Source: Polyangia bacterium
GTDB taxonomy: Bacteria; Myxococcota_A; Polyangia; Palsa-1104; JAEUJZ01
Reading direction: 5' to 3'
NCBI GenBank assembly: GCA_044222245.1
Contig: JBGANQ010000041.1
Span: 5,234-69,233, forward strand
Length of the DNA: 64,000 bases
In this document: positions 27,131-36,300 of the stretch, piece by piece
Layout of the letters: every line of letters starts with the position of its first letter
How positions within the stretch are numbered: the stretch's first letter is position 1
The notes under the pieces: generated by a model
Told to the model about the DNA's origin: nothing
What the model saw: the letters and a program-made list of their open reading frames with translations, nothing else
The model's database searches: none
Made by a program: the position numbers and the translations under genes

Positions 27131-29035
27131 CTAGCGGTGGCGCAGCAGCATCCCGCCGACGCCGGCGGCGCGCAGCACGCCGCCGCTGCCCGACACCGCG
27201 AGGAAGCTGTTGTTGGTGCCGCTCGGCGCGCGCGACCAGGTGGCGCCGTCCCAGTGCAAAAGGAGTCCTAGCGGACCGCCGATCCACAGGTCGCTCGCCC
27301 CGCTGCCCCCTACGGCGGTCAACGCCGAGGTGGTTCCGCTGGCGACCGCGGACCAGCTGCTGCCGTTCCAGCGTAAGATGACACCCATCTCGCCGATGGC
27401 CCAGACGTCGCTGGCGGCGCTGCCCCAGACGCTGCGCAGCCCCTGCGTGGTGCCGCTCGGGCTGCGCGACCAGCTGGTTCCGTCCCAGCGCAGGATGACG
27501 CCTCCGTCTCCCACCGCCCAGACCGCGCCGGCGGCGCTGCCCCAGACTCCCAAGAGCCGCGTGGTGACGCCGCTTGCGGTCGGCGCCCAGCGGGTCCCGT
27601 CAAAGTGCCAGATGGCGCCGCCGTCGCCGACCGCCCAGAGGTCGCTGGCGCCGCGCCCCCACACGCCGCGCAGCGTGACGGTGACTCCGGAGAAGCTCCG
27701 CCACGCGCTGCCGTTCCAGCGCAGGATGGTCCCGCTGTCGCCGACCGCCCAGAGGTCGCTGGCGCCGCTGCCCCACAGCGCCCGCAGGTCGGCGGTGGTG
27801 CCGCTCGGCACCGCGCCAAAGCGGCTGCCGTCCCAGTGCAGGAGGGTGCCGCCGGCGCCGACGGCCCAGGCAGAGTCGGCATCGCTGCCCCACACGCCGA
27901 GCAGATCCTGGGCGCTCAGGCTGCCGAGCAGCGACCACTGGGTCCGGTTCCAGCGCAGCCGGAGGCCGTGGCTGCCGACCACCCACAAGTCGCTGGCGCT
28001 GCTGCCCCACAGCGCGAACAGCGAGACTGCGGGCGCCCCGGCGACCGCGCTCCACGCGGTGCCGTCCCAGTGCAGCACGACGCCGGCATCGCCGGCCGCG
28101 AAGACCTCGCTGCGGCCACTGCCCCAGACGGTGTAGAGGGTCTCGGCGGTGCCGCTGGTCACGGTGCTCCAGGCCGCGCCATCCCAGTGCAACAAGGTGC
28201 CCGCATCGCCGACTACCCACACGTCATCGGCGGCGCTGCCCCAGGCGCTGACCAGGATGCTGGTGGCCCCCGAGGCGACCGGGGCCCAGGCAGTCCCGTC
28301 ATAGTGGAGCAGGAGTCCGTCATCGCCCACCGCCCAGACATCGCGGGCGCTGCTCCCCCAGACTCCGTTAAGGGCCGCGGTGGCGGGGCTCTTCACGCTG
28401 CTCCAGGCGGCGCCGTCCCAGTGGACGATGGTGCCGCTCTGCCCCACGGCCCAGACGTCGCTGGCGCCGCTGCCCCAGACGCCGTTGAGCGTTGTGGTGG
28501 TCGCCGAGCTCACGGCGCTAATGGCGGTGCCGTTCCAGTGCAGCACGGCTCCGCCGTTGCCCACCGCCCAGACGTCGCTCGGCCCGGTCCCCCAGACGCT
28601 GGTCAGCGACTGCGCGGTGCCGCTGTCCACCACCGTCAGGCGCTGGCCGTCGGAGTGGACGATGCCTCCCAGCGAGCCGACCATCCAGACGTCGCTGGCC
28701 GAGCTGCCCCAGACCGCGTAGTGCGAGTTGCCGTGCGGCAGCGGATGTTCCCAGCACCAGCCGCCGCTGTTGCAGACCGGCGGCGGCGGCTCCCCGCCAT
28801 CGGGCGGCGGGGCGGCGGCGTCAATAGGGGCGCCATCTGCGGTGCCAGCATCGGGCAGCGCGGCGCCGCTGCCGCAGCCGGACCCGGCTCCGAGCACGAG
28901 CAGGAGACCGACCACAAGGCCGCCGAGCCAGAGCCGGGATCGGCGCCGAAGCGTTAGCGCGGCCGGGTTGCGTGCGGTGAGGTATCGCAAGGAGTCCCTT
29001 TCAACTAGCCCTTCCGGAGGCTGCAGCGGCTTCAT
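27131..29035 (-). CDS. Beta-propeller repeat lipoprotein with 14 repeats of about 39 aa (WGSxxSDVWAVGxxGxILHWDGxxWS)
   Basis: Repeats counted in translation; hydrophobic segment ending GSGC lipobox-like; start uncertain. Confidence 0.82.
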   Translation of the reverse strand: MKPLQPPEGLVERDSLRYLTARNPAALTLRRRSRLWLGGLVVGLLLVLGAGSGCGSGAALPDAGTADGAPIDAAAPPPDGGEPPPPVCNSGGWCWEHPLPHGNSHYAVWGSSASDVWMVGSLGGIVHSDGQRLTVVDSGTAQSLTSVWGTGPSDVWAVGNGGAVLHWNGTAISAVSSATTTTLNGVWGSGASDVWAVGQSGTIVHWDGAAWSSVKSPATAALNGVWGSSARDVWAVGDDGLLLHYDGTAWAPVASGATSILVSAWGSAADDVWVVGDAGTLLHWDGAAWSTVTSGTAETLYTVWGSGRSEVFAAGDAGVVLHWDGTAWSAVAGAPAVSLFALWGSSASDLWVVGSHGLRLRWNRTQWSLLGSLSAQDLLGVWGSDADSAWAVGAGGTLLHWDGSRFGAVPSGTTADLRALWGSGASDLWAVGDSGTILRWNGSAWRSFSGVTVTLRGVWGRGASDLWAVGDGGAIWHFDGTRWAPTASGVTTRLLGVWGSAAGAVWAVGDGGVILRWDGTSWSRSPSGTTQGLRSVWGSAASDVWAIGEMGVILRWNGSSWSAVASGTTSALTAVGGSGASDLWIGGPLGLLLHWDGATWSRAPSGTNNSFLAVSGSGGVLRAAGVGGMLLRHR

Positions 29036-29126
29036 ATGAGAGCTTGTGGCGTGCACCCTACCTGCTTTGGGCGCCGGATTGCACGCGCTTTTGCTCGCGC
29101 CGCCGGCTGGCTGTGTAAGATGCGCC

Positions 29127-30680
29127 ATGCGCACCCTCTCTCGCTCCTTGCCCGTCGCCGCCGCGGCCACCCTGCTGGCCGCGGTCACCCTGCTGGCTGC
29201 GGCCACTGGCTGCCGCCAGGGCTCGGATGAGCCGGCGTTCCCAGATGACTTCCTGTTCGGTGTCGCCACCGCGGGGTTCCAGAACGATCCCGGCTGCCCG
29301 ACCCTGCCCGCTTCGGAGTGCATCGACGCGGGCAGTGACTGGTATCAGTTTGTCACCTCGCCGGAGGTCCGCGCCTCCAGGCGGAGCTACCTCAGCGGCG
29401 ATCCGCTCAGCCTGGGCCCGGGCAGCTATGAGCTTTATGAAAAAGACTTCGATCTGGTAAAGGATGGCCTCTCTGGCAACGCCGTCCGCCTGAGCCTGGA
29501 GTGGTCGCGCATCTTCCCCCGCGCCACCTTCGGCGTCGAGGGCTTCGCCGCCCTGCGGGCGCAGGCCGATGGCAAGGCGCTGGCTCACTATCACGCCGTG
29601 CTGCGGGCGCTCAAGCAGCGGGGCCTGACGCCGCTTGTCACCCTGCATCACTACACCTTGCCGGCCTGGCTGCACGACGCCGTGGGGTGCCACAAGGATC
29701 TGACTACCTGCCAGCCGCGCGGCTGGCTCGATGAGCGCGCGGTGCACGAGATCACCAAATACGCCGGCTTCGCGGCGCAGGAGTTCGCCGCCGAGGTCGA
29801 CCTGTGGGCGACGCTGAACGAGCCGTTCGCGGTGATCCTGCCCGGCTTTATCGCCCCCACCGCCGACCGCACCAACCCGCCCGCCGCGCTGCTCGCCCTG
29901 ACCGAGGCGCGCACCGCGCTGCTGGCGATGATAAAGGCCCACGCGCGCATGTACGACGCCGTCAAGGCAGCGGACCAGAGTGATGCCGATGGCGATGGGC
30001 GACCGAGTCAGGTGGGCCTGGTCTACAACATGACCCCGGCGGCGCCGCGCGATCCGCAAAACCCGCTCGACGTGCTCGGCGCCGAGCGGCTGTTCTACCT
30101 TTACAACGAGGTGTTCCTCAACGCCGTGCTGCGCGGTGAGCTGGACGAGAACCTGGACGGCAACCGGGTGGCGCGGCCCGAGCTGCAGCGCATGGACTAC
30201 GTAGGAATCAACTACTACACCCGCGCCATCGTCGATGGCACCGCCAAGCCGTTCCTGCCCGACCTGTCGCCGCTGTCGACCTTCAACCCGCTGACCTCGA
30301 CCCTGTATACCGAGTATCCTAAGGGCATCTACGACATGGTGGCCTACGTCAACGAGCGCGGCTACCCGGCGATCATTACCGAGAACGGCAGCGCCGATCC
30401 GAGCGACTTGATGACCGCGCCGCGCTACCTGGCCGAGCACTTGGGCTGGCTGCAGCGCGCCGTGGCCACCGGCGCCCGGGTGCGCGGCTACTTCTACTGG
30501 ACGCTGGTCGACAACTACGAGTGGAACCACGGCCTGCAGCTAAGCTACGGGCTGTACCAGCTGCTGCAAGACCCGCAAAAGACGCGCGTGCCGCGGCTGG
30601 CGGTGGAGGTCTTTCGCCAGATCGCCACGCGCAAGGCGATTCCGCCCGAGCTCCAGCTGAAGTATCCCCTTCCCGACTAG
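29127..30680 (+). CDS. Glycoside hydrolase family 1 (beta-glucosidase-like), probable lipoprotein
   Basis: FPDDFLFGVATAGFQ, catalytic TLNEP and ITENG, WTLVDNYEW; lipobox AATGC. Confidence 0.92.
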   Translation: MRTLSRSLPVAAAATLLAAVTLLAAATGCRQGSDEPAFPDDFLFGVATAGFQNDPGCPTLPASECIDAGSDWYQFVTSPEVRASRRSYLSGDPLSLGPGSYELYEKDFDLVKDGLSGNAVRLSLEWSRIFPRATFGVEGFAALRAQADGKALAHYHAVLRALKQRGLTPLVTLHHYTLPAWLHDAVGCHKDLTTCQPRGWLDERAVHEITKYAGFAAQEFAAEVDLWATLNEPFAVILPGFIAPTADRTNPPAALLALTEARTALLAMIKAHARMYDAVKAADQSDADGDGRPSQVGLVYNMTPAAPRDPQNPLDVLGAERLFYLYNEVFLNAVLRGELDENLDGNRVARPELQRMDYVGINYYTRAIVDGTAKPFLPDLSPLSTFNPLTSTLYTEYPKGIYDMVAYVNERGYPAIITENGSADPSDLMTAPRYLAEHLGWLQRAVATGARVRGYFYWTLVDNYEWNHGLQLSYGLYQLLQDPQKTRVPRLAVEVFRQIATRKAIPPELQLKYPLPD

Positions 30681-31960
30681 CGGGTCTGCGGTCCGGATGA
30701 CGGGGACGGCGCGTCGCCGCCGAGCAGCTCTGCCGCCGCCTGCCGGTAGATGCCCGCCATGTCCGCCGCATCCTGCGCGGTGGTGTCCGAGGGCACCGCC
30801 TGGAGCACCGAGCAGGCGAACAGCTCGTCGCTGCGCGGCAGGGTCCCGCGGTCATAGCGCGCCGGCGCGTGCTGGTTTTCCGGGTGGGTCCAGGGAAATC
30901 CGTCCGCGCTGTTGCTCAGCTTCCGGGTGAGCTGCTGGATGTTGTAGTAGATGTGAAATCCCCAGTCGGGCAGGTAGTGCACAAGCTGGCCCTGGGGGCC
31001 GCAGACAAGGCCCAGCTCGACCAGGCGCCGCGCCATCGCCGCCGCGGTGGCGGCGTCCGGGTAGCGGGTGAGCAGGAACGCGCCGTTGTCGCCTTGCGGG
31101 TCTTCCAGCCGCCGCAGCGTGAGCCCGGGGATCTGGGCGAGCTCGCGGCGCAAGAGCTGCTTGGCGGCGCGCATCGCCCCGGTAATCGCCGGCAGCTTGC
31201 GCAGCTGGATGAGACCAAGCGCCGCCTGCAGCTCGGTCATCACCGTGCCCAGCCCCCACAGTACGGTCGGCGCGCCGCCGCGCGCGAAATCGACGCTGTG
31301 GCCGACGTCGTAGGCGGCCTGGCAGCGCTTGTAAAGGGCGTAGTCGCTGGTCACCACCATGCCGCCCTCGCCGGTGCTCAGGGCCTTGCTGTGCTGGAAG
31401 CTGAAGATCGCAAGGTCGCCGAAGCTGCCGAGCGGCCGGCCCTTGTACGCGCCGCCCACCGCCTGCGCGCAGTCTTCGACAAGGGCGATGCCGTGCTGCC
31501 GGGCGATGGCGCGCACCTCGATGAGGTTGCCGGTCGCGCCGCTCATGTGGACGTGGATGATGACGCGGGTGCGCGCGGTCAGCTTGCGCCGCACGTCGGC
31601 CGGCTCCAGGCAGTAGCTGTCATCGACCTCGCAGAGCACCGGAATCGCCCCGCGGTGGATCACCGCGGCGGCGACGCTCACCCACAGATAGGCGGGGATG
31701 AGCGCCTCCTGCCCCGGTCCCAGGCCGAGCGCGGTCAGCGCTACGTGCAGGGCGCCGGTGCCGCTGCCCACCGCGACGCCGTAGCGGGCGCCGACCTGGG
31801 CGCTGAACTCCTGCTCGAAGCGGTCGCACAGGCGCAGCGGCTCGGGCCCAAAGAAGCGCGAGGGCGAGCGCGCCGCCAGCACCTCGACCACGAGCCGCGC
31901 CTCGTCCTGGTCGATGAAGGGGCCGCCCGGCCACGGATAGCCAAAGGGACTCTGGCGCAT
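30677..31960 (-). CDS. DegT/DnrJ/EryC1/StrS family PLP-dependent aminotransferase
   Basis: SGTGALHVAL, EDCAQA, FSFQHSK (PLP Lys), TGEGG. Confidence 0.92.
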   Translation of the reverse strand: MRQSPFGYPWPGGPFIDQDEARLVVEVLAARSPSRFFGPEPLRLCDRFEQEFSAQVGARYGVAVGSGTGALHVALTALGLGPGQEALIPAYLWVSVAAAVIHRGAIPVLCEVDDSYCLEPADVRRKLTARTRVIIHVHMSGATGNLIEVRAIARQHGIALVEDCAQAVGGAYKGRPLGSFGDLAIFSFQHSKALSTGEGGMVVTSDYALYKRCQAAYDVGHSVDFARGGAPTVLWGLGTVMTELQAALGLIQLRKLPAITGAMRAAKQLLRRELAQIPGLTLRRLEDPQGDNGAFLLTRYPDAATAAAMARRLVELGLVCGPQGQLVHYLPDWGFHIYYNIQQLTRKLSNSADGFPWTHPENQHAPARYDRGTLPRSDELFACSVLQAVPSDTTAQDAADMAGIYRQAAAELLGGDAPSPSSGPQTR

Positions 31961-33189
31961 CAGGCAGCGGGCTTGCGGGCCGGCGGGTCCAAAAGGGCCG
32001 ATGGTGGCGCTGCGTACTCTGCCTGGGCGAGGCGGACCGCCTCGCTCACCAGTGGATCGCGGAACATCAGGCTCCAGGTCTGCGCGCTCTCAAGCGGAAT
32101 CTGCCCCGAGAAGATCATGTCGATGGCGTTCCAGTCGACCAGGCAGTCCTCCAGCAGCGGACACTGCGCACCTTTGGGGCGCGCCGCCGGGAAGCTCGGG
32201 CTGCCCTGCTGCACCGCCTGCTGGTGCGCCGCTACGGACTCCTGTTTGTCGATCTGGTACAGGCCCAGCTCACCCACCCCGCGCATGCCGCAGCCGAAGC
32301 TCTTGTAGCTGCCGCTGGTCGCGATCGCGTCGTCGAGGAAGTGGAAGCAGACCTGCCAGTCGTGCAGGAAGCAGGTGCGGGCGAAGCTGCCGCTGTGCGG
32401 GAAGCGGGCCCGCCACGCCGGCGGCAGCGCGTCGCTGCGGCCGCTCTCGCGGTAGGCCTTGCAGGTGGTGGCGATGATGAACTCGGCCAGCCGCAGATAG
32501 TGCGGCCAGATCGGCGCGATGAGCGGGCTGTCGGTCGCGCGCGTCAGCACGTAGGTCAAAAAGGCGTAGGCCTGGGTGATGGTCGGCTTGCCGTTTTCCT
32601 TATCATACTCGGAGACGCAGTGGGCCGGCAGCATGAGCAGCCCGCTGCGGATTGCCTCGGGGTAGGTCGCCCAAAGGTGCTCGACAAAGTCGGGGAAGCC
32701 GTCGATGTTGGCTTGGTTCAGGGTGCACAGCAGCATGGTCGGCACGCCCGCTTCGAGCAGCGCGCTCAAGGTGTCCTGCACCCGCGCGAGCAGCATCGCG
32801 CTGTTGCCGAAGCGCGGCAGGTTGGCAAGCTGGGTGTGTCCGTCCAGGCTCATCGCCAGGTAGGCCTTGCGGCCGGCGAGCCGGGCGATATGCTGCGGCC
32901 GGATGAGGGTGCCGTTGGTCGAGATCCGCACCCAGCGGTCGGGGAAGGTGTCGAGCAGGGCTTCGACGATCGCCGGGTAGACGAAGGGCTCGCCGCCGGA
33001 GTACTCGACAAAGACCACCGAGGGGTAGTCGCTGGCGACGAGCTGGCCGATGCGGCCGATGCGGGCGGCGGCGGCGGCGCGACCGGCTTCATCCAGGCGC
33101 TCGATCGGCCGCATCTTCCAGTCGCAGTAGGTGCAGCGCAGGTTGCAGAAGTTGGTCATGCCCAGGATCTCAGCGAGCAGCTTCACCAC
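31960..33189 (-). CDS. Radical SAM enzyme with additional C-terminal cysteines
   Basis: CNLRCTYC, YSGGEP, STNGTL, SLDG; AGGAGG RBS before GTG; TGATG overlap with aminotransferase. Confidence 0.9.
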   Translation of the reverse strand: MVKLLAEILGMTNFCNLRCTYCDWKMRPIERLDEAGRAAAAARIGRIGQLVASDYPSVVFVEYSGGEPFVYPAIVEALLDTFPDRWVRISTNGTLIRPQHIARLAGRKAYLAMSLDGHTQLANLPRFGNSAMLLARVQDTLSALLEAGVPTMLLCTLNQANIDGFPDFVEHLWATYPEAIRSGLLMLPAHCVSEYDKENGKPTITQAYAFLTYVLTRATDSPLIAPIWPHYLRLAEFIIATTCKAYRESGRSDALPPAWRARFPHSGSFARTCFLHDWQVCFHFLDDAIATSGSYKSFGCGMRGVGELGLYQIDKQESVAAHQQAVQQGSPSFPAARPKGAQCPLLEDCLVDWNAIDMIFSGQIPLESAQTWSLMFRDPLVSEAVRLAQAEYAAPPSALLDPPARKPAA

Positions 33190-33362
33190 GACCTCCTGTG
33201 CTTGCGGTCGGGCGCCTGGCCGCTGGCACCGCTGCCTGCGTGCCGCCTCGGTCCGCCTTGGGCTTCATGAGGCCGGATAGTCTGTGAAAGGCGGCGCCCG
33301 GATCAAGGCCTTTGTCGCCGCGTGCGTCTTGGGCCCGGCTCCGGCGCTGCGCGCGCGGGGCT

Positions 33363-36300
33363 TCAGTCTTTTTTGGGAAGCTTGCGCGACAGCCGCTCGG
33401 CGCCGCTTTCCTGACTGCGGCTAGACTGCGCGGTGCGATTGAGGGCGTAGGCGATGCCGCTCTGCAGGGTGCCCAGGGTGACGATCGAGCCGAGGTCGAT
33501 GCCCAGGCGAATCAGGGTCTGCGCGACCTCCGAGCGGATGCCGGTGAGCACCGCCTGGGTGCCGAGTAGGCGCAGCGCGCTGGCGGCCTGCATCAGCGTG
33601 CGGGCGACATGCGTGTCGATGTGCTTGATGCCGGTGATGTCGATGATCACGGTCGTCGTCCGGTGCGCCTGGGCCCCGGCCAGCGCCGCCTCGACGACCT
33701 GCTGCGCCCGCTGCTCATCCACGGTGCCGATGATCGGCATGACCATGATCTGGTCGGTGATCGGAATAAGCGGCGTCGATAGCTCGGCGAGGCGAACTCT
33801 TTGCGCGGTGATGATCTCTTCGCGCAGCGCGGCCTGGGCCTGCTGCGCCTGCAGGCGCTCCTGCTCGGCGCGCGCGCGCTCCACAAGCTCGCGCTGCAGC
33901 TGCGTGTTGGTCTCGCTCAGCTCGCGGTTTTTGACCCGCAGCTGCTCGGTGAGGGCGTTGAGCTCGGAGTAGAGCAGGGCGTTCTGCACCGAGACCGCGG
34001 CGTGAGAGGACAGCAGGCGCAAAAGCTCGACGCGGCTCTCGGTAAAGACGTTGGCGGCGAGGTTGTTCTCCAGGTACAGGATGCCCGCCAGGCGGCCCTG
34101 GTGCATAAGGGCCAGGCAGAGCAGGGACCGCGGCTTCTGCGCCACGATGTACGGATCGCTGACGAAGCTGTTGCGACCGCTGGCGTCGGCCAGGACCACG
34201 GTCTCATGGGTGCGCGCAACATACTGCACCACCGAGGTCGCAAGCTCGGTGCTCGTTTCGACGGGCAGGGCGAGCTTGGTGCGCACCGCGCCCTCGGGGC
34301 CGAGCATGGCCTCGATAAACAGGGTCCCGCCGCGCTCAAGGACCAGGCAGCCGCGCTGCGCCCCGGAGTTGGTCACCACCGCCTGCAGGATCTGCTCCAG
34401 CACCTGATCGAGGACGATCTGGCTGGCCAGCGCCTGCGCCACCCGCAGCACCGTGCTCAGGTCGAGCGTCGAGTCGGTCGCCGCGCGCCCTGGCTCGCCG
34501 GCGGGACTCTCGGCCATGGGCACCCCGCGCGGCGGCGTCGGCTCGCGCTGCAGCAGCTGGGCATAGGTGGCGTCCAGGTCAGCGACCTTGGCGGTCGCGC
34601 CCCAGCGCAGGTAGGCGTGGCGAGCGCTCTGCATGCGCGCCGCCGCTGACTCGAGCTGTCCCAGGGCGAGGTAGTACTTGGCCGCCCGCTCCCAGGTGAG
34701 CGCCTGCTCGCGCTTGAAGTCGCTGGCCACCGCCTCCCGGATCGCCTCTTCATAGAGCGGTCCCGCCTCGGGCATCCCGGCCAGCGCCGCCGCCTCCGCG
34801 CGAAACAGGGCGAGCTTGTGGGCGTAGTTGGCCGGGCACTGCTCGGCCCAGACGGCCAGACTCTCTTGATAGGAGGTCAATAGCTCGCTGTGCTGCGAGC
34901 GCTCGGCCGCCGGCAGCGCCGCGGCGCGCGCGAACAGGGTCAGTCCTTTGTAGAATATGTAGCTGCACTTTTCATAAAGTCCGGTGATGCTGTCGGCCCG
35001 CTTGTCGATCTCGGCCGCGGCCGCCAGCGCTCCGTCGTAGTCGCCGTACAGGTAGAGCAGCTGTAGCTTGTTCAGGTAGTAGCGGCAGACGTTGGGCGCG
35101 ACGCGGCTCTCCTCCTGTTCGATGCGGAACTTCTCTTCGTCAAAGCTGGCATCGCTCAGGCTGCAGCGGTCGCGGGTGCGTCCCTGCAGGCACTCGATCA
35201 CCTGGCGGCAGAGCAAGAGCTGCGGCGCGGCAGTCGCGTCCTTGGTCCGGTTGGCCATCTTCAGAAACCAGCTGACCTCGGCCGCGACCTCCTGCAGGTC
35301 ATCGCCGAGGTTGAGCCGCAAAAGGATGATGCTGAAGCAGGAATAGGACAGCCAGATGAAGTCGCCGACCTCAAGGCCCGCCCGATAGGCGCGGCCGTAC
35401 GAGTCGATCGACTGCCGCAGCGGCGCGCTGAAGTGCAGCGACATCGCATACACGGCGTGAATCTGTCCCGTCAAAAGGACGTTGTTGAACTTGTCGTTGA
35501 GGGCCAGCGCCAGCTGACCAAACGCGCGGCCCTTTTCATACTGGCCAAGGAAGCTAATCAGGATGAGCCCATAAGAGACAAAGCCGTACGCCGAGGTGTT
35601 GGAGTTGCCGTGCTGCAGCGAGACGTTGACCTGCTTGAGGATGATGAGGCCGTACGACTGCGGCGCCACCAGGTAGGCGGCGGTGGCCATGAGGTTTAGC
35701 AGCTTCAGGGCGAGGTTGATCGCCGGGTCGCTGACCACCTCTTCGCTCACCAGATCGGCGATCCGGCGCTGGCCCAGGTACTTCTCGCTGGCGGCCAGCT
35801 CGGCGGCGAATGCGGCGGCGACCTCCTGTGGATCTTCGGGCAGGGTGATGCCCAGGCGCTGCAGGGCGCGGTAGCCGTAGGCCATCGCTTCACCGTGCTG
35901 GCCCTGCATGCCGCAGGCGAGCATGCGCAAGCTGCAGGCCTGGGCATACTCCACGCTGGTGCGGCTGCGGCTAAGCAGCTCGCCGAGGGTGGTGTCCACC
36001 TGGGCGAACCTGCCGTTGAGGCTCTCGCACTCGGCGTACTCGCTGGCCAGGCTGAACCAAAGATCGGGGTGGTGTTCCCAGTCAGGTGGCGCGAGCGTGG
36101 CCAGGCCGGCGCCGAAGTAGGCCGCCGCTGCCTCCGGAGCCGAGGACGCCTTGGCCCGCCGGCCGGCCTGGAGGTTCAGCTGCGCGAGCTCCAGGCGCTC
36201 GCTCTCCACAGTCATCAGCTGCACGCCGAGATTGAGGTGCTTGGTGATATCGAGCAGCTGGTCGCTCGGTCCCGGCGGCAGCCGACTGGCCAGCATCAGC

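Noticed and set aside
27300-28720. Regularly spaced DNA repeats resembling a CRISPR array
   Set aside because: They are degenerate, in-frame codon repeats of a beta-propeller protein; no unique spacers or cas genes.
33231-33245. Sigma54-like CGGCAC-GCAGG-CAGC on the minus strand upstream of the radical SAM gene
   Set aside because: Spacing is right but the -12 element (CAGC) is poor; too weak in high-GC DNA.
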